Positions 38,201 to 51,264 of a stretch of DNA of 64,000 nt are shown piece after piece. Under the pieces are notes generated by a model. That model worked only from the letters and a program-made list of their open reading frames with translations. It ran no database searches and was not told the DNA's origin. The stretch lies in contig NC_043011.1 of the NCBI RefSeq assembly GCF_006345805.1, positions 1,984,001 through 2,048,000 of the forward strand. Reading direction: 5' to 3'. The stretch is from Octopus sinensis (Eukaryota). The translations under genes were made by a program, and so were the position numbers. Every line of letters begins with the position of its first letter. Position 1 is the first letter of the stretch.

Positions 38201-40074
38201 CCATGGGTTCACAAAAATTGATTTACAAGAGAAAACTCACAATATAATCAGACACTATGAATTGTATTTAGAAAAGTGATGATGTGACTCTTCAATGTTG
38301 TAAAACAAAGAATTGTCAGGATAAAACATTAGAGTTAACGACTGTCAAACTTGGTGCATAAGAAAATCTGACATTTTCATTCTCAGTTACTTGATATGCT
38401 ATACATAAATTAATTTTATAAGTTCATTTGTGCTGCATATCTTTTTTTAATGTATCATAAGAAAGATGGCAGTGGAAGACCAGACATGATAGATCAATAA
38501 ACTCAATAAAGAAAGCATTTCATTCTTCCAGGTTTGATCAATATTATTAGCATTCATGCATTGGGTATGGGTGATTCAATTAATTAAAAAAATTTTATAA
38601 GAATCACTTATAACAAAAGCCATGCAAGTACCCAGCAAAACCTTGGCTGGGTATCAAACACAGATCTTTACAGTTCTGTCTTGTGATTTCATAAGAAAGA
38701 ATATTCTCATCAGAAAAAGGAAATACAACATTTAATATAGATTTTAAAAACTGGCATAAGGTCAAAAAATTTATAGGAGAAACGTATGGATGATTTAAAT
38801 GACTATAGTAGTAGCTTCATTGATCCTGTTGGAATGAAAGGAAAAGTTGGCCCTGATAATCACTGTGAAGAAACACATTTAAATGCAGGGAGACATCTTA
38901 TCTAATAGATTTAGATATCTATTGCACTTCTGTGTAATATCTATTTCTAGCATGGGCTCAAGGCCATATTCTGTTATTTTGAGAGGAGGCGAGAAGAGAG
39001 GGTATAGTTGGTTGTGATCAATTTTTTGACTTGTACTTCATTTATTGAACCCAGATAAAAGAAAAAGAAGTCCTTCTGGGGGAGATCTGAAGTCAAAATA
39101 TTGCCAGACACTTTGTCCAAGACTTTACCATTTCACTCAATCTACTGCCTATCAAATGCTTATTATAACTAACTAGCTCCAAATATAGTGGGATGGGCTT
39201 CATGATTGTACCCACCATTGGACTCACGCACACTACACACACACACACACACTACACACACATATGCACACACACGCTTGCCCCCCACCACACGCACAGC
39301 ATTTTGCTTTTACTGAACCATATGATATAGTGTAGTGTTACGCTTAAGAAAAATTAAAAGGTTTATATATATATTGATCTATATATATACATAAGCACAA
39401 ATATTTCTATGAAAGAATATTACTAGAAAACTTCAGCTATATAAAAAAAAAATGTATGCATGTATGTTTCCGCATGCACATCTGCAAATACACATTATTA
39501 TTAAGCAGACACATAAATAAGTTGTAACTATATATGTATATATGTTCATGTATTGTCTATGCTAGTATATGTGTGTATCCCTACTTTCACTCATTCATAT
39601 TCTCCCTTTTCTTGCTTCTTCTTCTTCTTCTTCTTCTTCTTCTTCTTCCTAACTTTATCACTAATGCATTTTAGTATAACAAAACTTCAATAGAAATATT
39701 TTCATGAATTGAACAGCAACTGCTAGCCTCCACTGACCATTCAAAATACTACAATCAAGGTACTCCCAAATTCTTCGTCTTCTTCCTCCTCTTCTCCTCC
39801 TCCTCCACCTTCTTCTTCCCTACCAAGAGCCCACAAGAGTAAACAAGAGAGACAGAGAAAGGCAGAAACAAGGAAAATACCACTTATATTTGAACACTAT
39901 ACAAATATTCTTTAAAAAAAACTTTTCTTTTAATTTTTCTAAATTTAATTATTCAATTGTTACAGTTGAAAAGGTCTCAATGACTGAAACCGGTACTGAA
40001 ATGTTCTTTATAAAATTATTTTAGCATTTTATATCCTGACTTGTTTTTTCATATATATATATATATATATATGT

Positions 40075-42260
40075 AAACTTAGATAAACTTAGATATGTTT
40101 CGACCAGAGATTGGTCCAGGCCATGTCTAACTTAATAGCACCACCTGATAGGATTATTCGAATCCTGTTTAAGTCAAGTTTTGCTCAAGTAGTGAGTTCT
40201 TGTTGGGTGAGTTGTATCCAGTTTTGTTCAAGTAGTGAGTTCTTGTTGGGTGAGTTGTATCCAATTATGGGTGGCTTATCTGGTATTCTTTGAAGGAATC
40301 TATCCAGACTCTGTTTAAAGTTGATGGGATCCTTTTCCTCTTTGATCTCCCTCGGGACAATGTTAAATAGGGCAGGGCCTGTTGAGGAAAAGAAATTATG
40401 TTGCAGTGTACATGTATGTTGTGATCTTGAATTGGGCAGGAGACGTATAGCCCGTGGTCCAAGTCTTGGATGAGCCTTGAAGCTAATGTTTAGGTCGTTT
40501 GGGCAAAGTTGGCGGTATATTTTCCACATCGTACAAATGATGTACCGCTCACGGCGACGCTGGAGGGAGTAAAGTTTCAAGGCTTTAAGGCGATCCCAAT
40601 AATCGAGAGCAGCCATGCCTTCAATTTGTTTAGTGAGAGCCCTCTGGGGTGACTCAATTCTGGAGATGTTTTGTCTTGTGTGAGGAGACCACAGTGGGCA
40701 GCAGTATTCAAGGTGTGGCCGTACAAAGGAGGAAAAAAGTGGTATGATGACACCTTGTTCTCTGGACCGGAAAGTTCTTAAGATCCAGGAACTCATCCTA
40801 CGAGCTATATCGACCTTCTTGTTGATGTGTGCACTCCAACTGAGATCGTCATCAACAATTACACCCAGGTCTCTGATATTGTTAGAGGCTGTGAGCGGTT
40901 CCCCTGAAGGAAGAGAGTATGGTTGTTTTAGTGAGGAATTTCTTCCAAAATGCATCAGCTCAAATTTTCCCTCATTCAGTTGCATTTTGTTTCTGTCTGC
41001 CCATTGACTCACAGCATATAGATCAGACTGGAGTTGAGTTCGGTCTGCTTCTTCATTGACGATTTGCTGGAGCTTAGTGTCATCAGCGAATATTTTCACT
41101 TTGCAGTGATGTACGACACTGGAAAGGTCGTTTACGTAAATTATGAAGAGTAGCGGACCCAAAACAGTACCCTGGGGAACACCGCTGGTGACTTTTGCTG
41201 GGTTTGAGTGGACTCCATCAACTACAACATGTTGTGTTCTATTCGCCAGGAAATACTGTATCCAGTGTAGAACTTTTCCATGGATTCCAACATTTGCCAA
41301 TTTTGAGAGTAGGATGTTATGGTCTACCCTGTCAAACGCTTTACTGAAGTCAAGATATATGACGTCAGAGTTCGAACCTGTTCCCAAGGCTTTGAGTACA
41401 TCTTCGATGTGGTGTAAGAGCTGTGTTAGACAGTCCCTGCCACAGCGAAAGCCATGCTGATTTGAATTTAGGAGTTTGTGGGTCTCCAGGAAGTCAGCTA
41501 TCCTTGATCTTAACACTCTTTAAAACACTTTAATGATGTGGGAGGTGAGTGAGATTGGGCGATAGTTGACTGCGAGGGATCTGTTTCCCTGTTTGAAAAC
41601 CGGGATGACCGACTGGGATAGAAACTGTTTCGGTATATAACCTGCGTCTAACGAGTTTCTCCAGAGGTTGGTCAGAGGGGCTGCAAGTTGATATCTACAT
41701 TCCTTCAGGAGACTAGCGGGAAATCTATCAGGGCCTACAGCAGAGTAATGTTTGACCTCATTTATTGCTGCTACGATGTCGGTGGCAGTGAAGGTTATGT
41801 CTGCGATTTTGTGTTGGGAGTCAACTTCGATCGTTTCCCTCACGTCAATGTCAGTGGGAACACTGAAGACAGAGCAATATTGTTTCTGCAGTATTTCTGC
41901 CATTTCTTTAGCATCGTGTTGGGGAATGCCGTTATCATCAATCAATGGCCCAATGGGTGAGACAGTGGTTCTATGCTTATTTGCATAAGAATAGAACACT
42001 TTTGGGTTCTGTTTGATGTTTTTGATTACCCATTGTTCCTCCACAGCTCTTTGATTTTCAATGGAGGTTTTCATGTTAGTCTGCAGATGAAGTTTTTCCA
42101 GCTCTAGTCTTTTCATTGTTGTTGAATGTGGATGTTGTGTGTGGGAATATCTTAATTGGTTGATTTTTTTGTTGAGTCTTTTGATGCGCCTGATGAGTGT
42201 TTTTTTTCTTTTTAGGGAGCCGGTTTCTGTTTGTGTTAGTAGATTTCTTGGGAGCGTGTT
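40075..42260 (-). mobile_element. 5'-truncated CR1-group LINE with nearly intact reverse transcriptase
   Basis: NYRPISLTSHIIKVF*RVL, QHGFR, YLDFSKAFD, GVPQGTVLGPLLF, FADDTK and RDLGV; one TAA splits ORFs 41520-42347 and 40185-41516; tail (tatctaagtt)2. Confidence 0.95.
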
Positions 42261-42719
42261 TAGAGCATGTATAGGTGACAATGTATGTATGTATGTATGT
42301 ATAAGTACACAGAAACAGTAACATTTTAGCTGTATATCTAAAATCATTTCTTAGAATGTCAACAGTTACAAAATCATCTTCAGTCTATAAATTTCTTTAT
42401 GAATTATCAAACATTTTATCATCTTATTTACCTTTCATTCAAGTTAGTACTGTTGAAGAATTGTTTGTCATCATTGATGTTTTGTTCATTTTCTTTTCCT
42501 TTTTTTCTATTAATGATGTCATTTAATAATATTAGAATTGTTTTTGTTATTAGCACTATTACCAGAGTTAATGACCTTATAATTGCTGTTATGGTTTGTG
42601 CCCTTATATTTTCATAGTAACAAGAAATTTTATAACTATTGTCATTTTGATGGTGGTGATAATAATAGTAATAATAATAGTAATAATGATAGTAATAATG
42701 ATAATAATAATAAACTTTA

Positions 42720-43935
42720 AGTTTGACAAGACTATCAAACCAACAAAAATCCGAAAATTAAAGAAAAAATACTATATGAAAACCATACTTGACATTGATA
42801 CCATCATAGAAACTATCAAGTAGAAGGTATATGCTAAAGTTGCCCACGTAGCAAGGTATGAAAAGCATGTTAAATTCTTTAAGGACAATAACATGTTCAA
42901 AAATAACCCTAAAAATTTTTACAGGAAGATAAGGAAAATACCATTTGCAGTAAAGTCTGTCTCATCAAAAGATCTGTAGTAATTTTTGAATAAAATTTGG
43001 GCAGAAGAAAAAACACGCAATGGAAAGTCCCCTTGGATTGATAGAATATCTATAGACTTAGACTCCTTAGAAGAGCAGAAGTGGGAGGGTATCAAGGTAG
43101 AGGATGTAAGATCTGTTCTCAGAAAGTCAGGCAAATCAAAGTTTCCAGGAAAGGATAAAATTCCTAACTTCTGTTTGAATGCCTTCTCAGAGAGCCATGA
43201 ACTGCTAACAAAACTTTACAATAATGTTTTGCAACAATCTAGTATGATACCCTCTTGGCTAGTACCATTCCTACTTTCAAAAAATGAAGAAACAAATGAA
43301 CCAAAAAATTATAGACCCATAACCTGCTTAACAACAATGTATAAAACGCTAACATCTGTTTTTTTAATAGAAAGTGGCATATTCCCTAATGAGTGAAAAG
43401 GATGTAAACGTGGGTCCTATAGTTGTCAAGATCAGCTACTCATCAATTAGATGATTTTGGAAGATTCTCCCAAACAACACAAACACTTGTCAATAGCCTG
43501 GATAAACTACAAAAATGCTTTTAATAGACTACAACATAGCTAGATTAAGAAATATCTGAAAATGTATAAAATAGCACCTACTCTGTAAGTATGAGATCAT
43601 GGAGAACCACACTGACTTTGAACAGTGACAATGAATCTCTTAATGCTGGAGATGTAAGAATTTCATGTGGCATTTTTCAGGGTGACTCACTATCACCACC
43701 CTTCTTCCATCTAGCCTTAATGCCTCTCTCAAAATTGCTTGATAATGTACAATACAGCTATAAAATGTTTGATAAAAATACAAATCATCTCATTTATATG
43801 GATGATTTAAAGCTCTTTGCAAAAAATAACCAACAACTACAGGGCTTACTAGCGATTGTTAAATAATTCAATGATATCAAGATGCAATGTGGCCTCGATA
43901 AATGTGCAAGAGCTACCTTTATAAAAAAAAATGAC
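42720..43935 (+). mobile_element. R4/Dong-like LINE RT fossil, adjacent to a (TAA)n tract
   Basis: KFPGKDKIPNF, KNYRPITCLTTMYK, GIFQGDSLSP, NHLIYMDDLKLFA and CGLDKC; (AAT)n at 42660-42713. Confidence 0.85.
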
Positions 43936-43949
43936 AGAAACATACTTAT

Positions 43950-44310
43950 ATGTATATATATATGTGTATATATCTATGTAAGTATATATACATATGTATG
44001 TATATATATATGTATATATATATATATATATATAATATATATATATATATATACACACACATATGCACATGTGTGGGCATATATATGTGTGTATATATAT
44101 ATGTACACATATGCATATATATGCATATGTAGTAGCAATGTGAATGCATTTATGAATTTATGTATGTGTGTGTATATATATAAATAAAATATATGTGCAT
44201 ATGTGTGTCTAAATCTCTGTGTATATATATATATACATACATATACACATACTCACACAGATACACACAGGCACACACAGACACACACAGACACACCCAC
44301 ACACATACAA
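43950..44310. repeat. (TA)n/(CA)n microsatellites
   Basis: Direct observation. Confidence 0.9.
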
Positions 44311-44941
44311 CACAGTTTCAATGTTTTTTCCAAAGAAGCTGCTGTTATTTCAATAAATTAGATGTGGAGACAATAAACAAGAAATATCACTTTATATTAA
44401 GCACAGTCATCAAACTCAAATCTACACACACACACACACACACACTCAAATACACACATACACCAATATTTAAATTTACATTCTACTATTTAGCATAATG
44501 AACATACATAAACAGCTAAAGATATCGATAAATTATCGTGTAACTGAATGGATATTATGCTGTAAATAAACGCCTAATTAAAGCAGTTATAATAGAGTAT
44601 GATAAATTGGAAATTTTCAGGTATAATTGCTACCTCAGATCGAGACATTTGCAAACCAAGCACTCAAATAGCATATTTACATGAACTTTAGTATTTTATA
44701 CCCTTTAGTATTTAAAATGGCCATATCCAGCCCAAATATTACACATGTCTTATATTGAAAATGGCCAGATCTGGTCTCTTACACGAACCCTACAATGTCA
44801 TTCTAAAAATAAACAGTCACGTCCTCAGAACACCTCAAAGATAAAAGATGAGTACAAGATACAACATCCACGTATTAGTATTTCAGGTATTTATGTTTAA
44901 AAATATATTGATCAATTTTGTATGAACATGTGCATGCACAC

Positions 44942-44977
<36 letters not shown>

Positions 44978-45072
44978 GAAAGAATGGAGTCGAACGACGA
45001 TTTAACAAATTTGCTACCCGGGTATCGGTTAACCGAATCATCCATACTAGGATAATTCATTCAACTACTTAA

Positions 45073-45144
<72 letters not shown>

Positions 45145-45149
45145 ATATA

Positions 45150-45365
45150 CATAAAAAGTTAATCCAAACAAGAAAGCTCAAAAAAACACAACAACACGAG
45201 GACGTGGAACAAATATAGTATTATTGGACGCTCAGGATAGAAGGAAAGAAGGAGGGTTTAACGTTTTGAGCAGAGCTCTTCATCGGAAACACAGGAGAAG
45301 GAAAGATCCAGAGAAGGGAAGACAGAGGAAAAAAAATCGCCAATGGTACACACGATGTCACATTT
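45150..45365 (-). mobile_element. Solo pseudo-LTR-like repeat (family H1), copy 2
   Basis: Reverse complement of 16630-16850; motif gttt-CCGATGA-A-gagc-tct-gctc-AAAA-cg-tt-aaac. Confidence 0.7.
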
Positions 45366-45552
45366 TGATATATATATATATATGTATATATTCATATATA
45401 TATATCATAAAATTTCCGGGATAGATAGAATGAAATACCAAGTTAGAGTTGGGGATAGTGCACCAGTTTACCAACAATGTGTACTGACATATATGTACTT
45501 ACTAAAGTAGAACACAGTGAAAGATAAGCCTACTTATCTTTATATCAATATT

Positions 45553-45916
45553 CTTTTAAGTTGTTTCAGTCATTTGACTGTGGTCATGCTGCAGCACCAC
45601 CTTTACTTGAACAAATCGACCCCAGGACTTGTTCTTTGTAAGCCTAGTACTTTTTCTATTAGTCTCAGTTATGAGGATGTAAACACGCAAACATCGGTTG
45701 TCAAGCGATGGTGGGGGACAAAAACAAAGACACACAAACATACATACATATACACACACATACAATGGGTTTCTTTCAGTTTCTGTCAACCAAATCAACT
45801 CACAAGGCTTTGGTCAGTGTGAGGCTATATTAGAAGACACTTGCCCATGCAGTGGGACTGAACCCAGTACCAAGAGGTTGGTAAGCAAGCCATTTACAAC
45901 ACAGCCACTCCTGCAC
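45553..45916 (-). mobile_element. SINE family A
   Basis: Reverse complement of family A. Confidence 0.85.
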
Positions 45917-46391
45917 TTATATATATATATTTATAATTTAATGCATTCATAATATAATACTAGAAATATATAATATTTGGAATAAGTTCTACTTTAGAAT
46001 TTGATTTAAGATCATTCAATATAAAATAACATAACTTTAAAACTTCCTAATGACTTCAATATTATTATCATAATTACACATTTCCTATACTAAAATTACT
46101 TAGTTTATTAGAGGAATATAACATATTGTAATGCTTTTAATACACACACACACACATATATATATATAATACCTATACACACATACATGCATACATAGAT
46201 ACATATACATATATATATATACACACATATACACATACATAGATACATACATGTATACATATATACACATAACAATACATAATACATATTAGTATTTTTT
46301 TACCCAAATATATAAAAAGAATTATAGATAATTAACAAAAATGAATTAAAAGATACAGATATACTTATATATCAATACTTATATATATACT

Positions 46392-46431
<40 letters not shown>

Positions 46432-46699
46432 TACATACATATACACATATATATACCTATATACTTGCAGATATATTCAGATAAATATATATATATATAT
46501 AAATACATCTATAATAGAGAAGTAAAATAAATGGAAAATTATAATTATAATTATAATTTTCACAAATTTAAAACCTGCTAACTATTTGAAATAATTATAG
46601 CTAATATAGAATTATAATATAATATAATATAATATAATATAATATAATAGAATTTTAATAAATTTTGTTATAAGGTAATTTACTCATAATATATATTAG

Positions 46700-47218
46700 A
46701 TTACTGAATCTTTAGTATTATATTACTTAGTAAAATCTTGATAATAAATAAATGATTCTAATCAATTTACTAAAGAATAAGAATAACAATAGTATACAAA
46801 CGAAATAACATTTATCTTTAAACCTACAATCACAAGTTCTAGCTACGTGACTTCGATTATGTCCATTATTCGTGTTAATAATTGAAGTATTATTATTTCT
46901 ATTACTATAAGAAGTATCTAATTTATTGTTTTTAATCAAAGAGATAATTCTAAATAAGTTTTTAGATACTGAAAAAATCAATTCTAACTGTTTTATTATT
47001 AATTATTTTTATTATACTTATTTCCCTAATTAAAATAATTAGATATAGATCTGTAAAAAGATTTAGCCAAATTAGATTTTAATTTGTCTTGCAAAAAAAT
47101 AATAAACCAAATATTATTTTCTTTATTAAAGTTATCATTATGCAATTTATCAAAATTAACATCTGGGATACATTTTCTTCTCTTAACTTTAAAATTTATT
47201 ATTATTATCATTATTATA

Positions 47219-47253
<35 letters not shown>

Positions 47254-48890
47254 ACTTATTTGACATATCCATATTATTGGTATTAATTTTAGAATATAGA
47301 TTTACACTATATTTTTCTTTATTCTTAATTTGAATATTATTAGATTCAATAGTGGTCAGTTTATTAATTACAGTATCATCCTTATTTTTATGAGATTTAC
47401 TAAGTTTAAGCTTATTACTCACACCATTCACATTATATTTAACCACTCCATTGTGTATTGATTTAATATTATTATAATTTTTACTGTCTTTATCCTTTTT
47501 ACAATATATTATCTTATGTATATATCCTGTTTTATTAAGGGCTACATTATAGTATTCAGCATTACTTTTGTAAATTTCCTCATTAGAAGATAAAAGTGAA
47601 ATTTGTCTCGAAATATTTTAAACCAAAGTACGTGTAATTGCCTTCGGATGATTACTATTAAAATTAATATACTTCAAGTTAGTATTAGGTTTATGATATG
47701 GTCTATATTGGCCTGTAACAAGATTCAGATTAACATCTAAATAACAGAATCCTGTTCGTTTTCGATAGAAATAGATAAACCAAATCCATGAAGTCTTTTC
47801 ATATACATATCCAATTTCTTATTCGATGAGGTATTAATTAAAAACAGCAAATCATCCCTATATAATCTACCTTTAAGTTCTGGGAATTTGCTACTTAAAT
47901 AAAACAGAACGTATATTCCTACAAGACCAGTAACCTGGGCAAAATCAGCTGATCCCATAGTAATATCAAAACCATCATAAGTATTTTTTCTGACCCAGTA
48001 TTTATTATCAAATAAAATTACTGATTTTCTAGCTTCTAAAATTATTTTAACTTCTTTTAAAGAAAGGTTAGATCTACTTTTAGCAAAAAAAAGAGCCTGA
48101 TTAAGAACTATAGGATTTATAGATGAATAATAATTATCAATATCTATTTATATAAATTTACTTTTTTATTATCTATTCCAACAAACCAGTTAATAGCTCC
48201 CTGCGTACTTGACTGTAGTTCAAGTTTCAATTTTCTCCTAATTGTTGGTAAATACTTATCTAAAATAATTTTACTTGATTTAACTAGGGCAAATTAATCA
48301 GCCTGGGCAAATTAATCTAACTTTAAGGTTAGAATAGAAGTCATCCTTATAGTCCTTTAAAGCTATTCTAGGCCTCATATGCACAAATGGCTCTGTCCTG
48401 TCATCAAGATCATAACCCTCCATAATCTTCTTAGTTAATAGACCGTGAAATATTTTTACTTACTATCTTATAGTTACTAGTCACTTCATTTTAATTTGGT
48501 CATGATATTCTAATATATCTATATTATACAAGTCACTAGTTTTATCTGATTGGACAATAATTTCATTTTTTTTTTGTTTAAGTTCAGATACTAAAGTTTT
48601 CAGATTCCTTAAATGTTCATTGCTGCTAAGGGGATACTTAATAAATTTAACATTTCTTGCTATAGACCATAAATCATCCTCAAATACTGCCAAATGGTTG
48701 TTCAGTGGTGGAAATCATTTGGTTATAAATTTTTTTTTAAAAGTTCAACATCAATTCCTTGTTCAAATTCTTTATCGTAATAAAAAGTAGAGACATGTAT
48801 AATTGTACCTGTAAAAATCCCATTTCCTGCACTAACCGGAAGTGGGTCAGAGGAAATCTTTAATGAGCACTCCTCATATATGTTTTCATT
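46700..48890 (-). mobile_element. Degenerate, nearly full-length Penelope-like element (Hydra-clade-like RT)
   Basis: FEDDLW...VKF, VQSDKT, FDITMGSADFAQVTGLVG, LYRDDLL, RPYHKPN...NHPKAI and RTCDCRFKDKC; stops and frameshifts. Confidence 0.85.
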
Positions 48891-48920
48891 TGTCAGTATA
48901 TATATATATATATATATATA

Positions 48921-49509
48921 TGAATAAAAAATGGAGTTAACGCAGGTTTAAACAAGTATTTTTACTTTCTACACATGTTTCGAAAATTCCACTGATACTA
49001 TTCAAAAGAATAAATAGTATAAACAATGCAATCTTCTCTTCGGAAAGTAAAAAAACGAAACTCGTCAATACGACATTTTAGCAAAAAATGATGGATTTGT
49101 ATAGCGATAGACAGAACGCTATTAATATTGTTTAAAAAAACGTTATATGATATAACGTCATAAGTAGCTAACAGAAAGAGTAGGGATATTAATAGTGAAT
49201 GTTAAATATAAAGGAAATTAAAGTTTAAATTATATATAGAGACTACTTATATGCACTAAATGTATGTTTCTGCCAATGCTTACATCTGTATGCTCGTTCT
49301 ATAACCGTGTTTACTAGAGTATTTTTAGAAAAAATAATGAAAAATAGCTCAGAATTGCAGAGAAGACAGAATTTCTTGCCTTTGTCATATGGTATCGAAA
49401 TTGAGAGGATCAACCATTCTAAATGAAATTGTTCATTGTGGTCTTTGAAATCCCAAATCAGTTTGCTGAGACCGGTACTATTCTGTTTATTTCTATCCCT
49501 AAATGTTGA
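48921..49509 (-). repeat. Inverted pseudo-LTR of the adjacent PLE
   Basis: Reverse complement of ~50451-51049 with few differences. Confidence 0.95.
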
Positions 49510-50690
49510 ATAGTTTAGTTAATTTTTTCAGTAGAATGGGCTTAAAAATCGTTTTTGATGACGATCTGACGAAGGCCAACTTTTTAGATATTACGCTTAA
49601 TTTACACAGTGACTCTTACTTCCCATATCATAAACCGTTGACCGATCTTAAGTGCATTAGCAAATTTAGTAATCATCCTGGAGCAATTACTAAGAATTTA
49701 GTTAAGAATATTTCATTTAGATTATCTAAATTATCTACTAATGTTGATATTTTCAATAATAACGTTGAATTCTATAACTCTGCCTTAATCAAAGCAGGTT
49801 ATACAGAAAAAATTTTCTACATTGATTCTGCTCAGTCTAATTGTAAATTCAATAATGTAGATAAGATTTCTAGTCGTAAAAGAACTATTGATAACAAACA
49901 TAACTTACGCACCAATACAAAGCGAATGAAGGCAGATAACCCTTATTTAATCCCCTATTATCGATCTAAAAGTAAATATAACACCTTCAAAAGTAATTAC
50001 GCTATGAATACTAGTAAAAATATTTGGTTAATAATTCCTTACGGGAGACAAATTAAATCTAATCTCCCACTGCTGTTTCGTCAAGCTATTGCTAGGAATT
50101 TTCCAAACAATTCTAGATATTACTCTATAATTAATTCACATAAGGTTAGGATAGGTTTTTCAAACACAAAATATCTCTTGCAAATTATATCCTCTCATAA
50201 TAACAAACTGTTAAATATTAATACATTTACTAATACTAACATTAATTTAGCTAATACCATCCAACCCTCTAGAAATATTAATAACAATGTTATTGTATCT
50301 GAAGTCAATTCCAATAGAATTAAATTTATGTCAAGTAACTCTAAGATTAAAAATTCTATATACCAGTGTATAATCAGTACTCGTAATAAAGTACGATTTT
50401 ACATTGGAAGCACATCGTTAGAGTTATCTAAAAGAATTTCTATCCATTACTCAACATTGAGGGATAGAAATAAACGGAATAGTACCGGTCTCAGCAAACT
50501 GATTTGGGATTTCAAAGACCACAATGAACAATTTCATTTAGAATGGTTGATCCTCTCAATTTCGATACCATATGACAAAGGCAAGAAATTCTGTCTTCTC
50601 TGCAATTCTGAGCTATTTTTCATTATTTTTTCTAAAAATACTCTAGTAAACACGGTTATAGAACGAGCATACAGATGTAAGCATTGGTAG
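49503..50690 (+). CDS. Penelope-like element ORF, 5'-truncated: RT thumb + GIY-YIG endonuclease (395 aa, no stops)
   Basis: ANFLDITLNL...PYHKP...SNHP (thumb), SIYQC...FYIGST...LSKRISIH (GIY-YIG), LSKLIW and C-terminal CLLCNSE...RCKH; RT catalytic YxDD absent. Confidence 0.9.
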   Translation: MLNSLVNFFSRMGLKIVFDDDLTKANFLDITLNLHSDSYFPYHKPLTDLKCISKFSNHPGAITKNLVKNISFRLSKLSTNVDIFNNNVEFYNSALIKAGYTEKIFYIDSAQSNCKFNNVDKISSRKRTIDNKHNLRTNTKRMKADNPYLIPYYRSKSKYNTFKSNYAMNTSKNIWLIIPYGRQIKSNLPLLFRQAIARNFPNNSRYYSIINSHKVRIGFSNTKYLLQIISSHNNKLLNINTFTNTNINLANTIQPSRNINNNVIVSEVNSNRIKFMSSNSKIKNSIYQCIISTRNKVRFYIGSTSLELSKRISIHYSTLRDRNKRNSTGLSKLIWDFKDHNEQFHLEWLILSISIPYDKGKKFCLLCNSELFFIIFSKNTLVNTVIERAYRCKHW

Positions 50691-50917
50691 AAACATACAT
50701 TTAGTGCATATAAGTAGTCTCTATCATTATATATAATTTAAACTTTAATTTCCTTTATATTTAACATTCACTATTAATATCCCTACTCTTTCTGTTAGCT
50801 ACTTATGACGTTATATCATATAACGTTTTTTAAAACGATATTAATAGCGTTCTGTCTATCGCTATACAAATCCATCATTTTTAGCTAAAATGTCGTATTG
50901 ACGAGTTTCGTTTTTTC

Positions 50918-51003
50918 ACTTTCCTGAAGAGAAGATTGCATTGTTTATACTATTTATTCTTTTGAATAGTATCAGTGGAATTTTCGAAACATGTGTAGAA
51001 AGT
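50918..51003 (+). ncRNA. Type I hammerhead ribozyme in PLE pseudo-LTR (predicted cleavage after A50997)
   Basis: Stem I actttc/gaaagt; core CTGAAGA (50924-30); stem II gaagatt/aattttc with long nested hairpin; GAAA (50986-89); stem III A-c[atgt]g-T; GUA triplet. Confidence 0.8.
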
Positions 51004-51199
51004 AAAAATACTTGTTTAAACCTGCGTTAACTCCATTTTTTATTCATATTATTCAAAATATGCAACGTAAACACGAAGTTTCAACCTTTATAAACAAGGA
51101 GTTACAACATCTTTACTTGTGAGATTTTTGCTGCCCTGGTAACTATTTATTTATTTTTCCGTGTTAATTGTTAACAAGGTAAAAATACACTCATCTATT

Positions 51200-51264
<65 letters not shown>

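Noticed and set aside
40090-40130. gacc[aatctct]ggtc-GAAA at the CR1 3' end resembling HHR stem II
   Set aside because: There is no CUGANGA upstream; it is better explained as the usual LINE 3'-UTR stem-loop.
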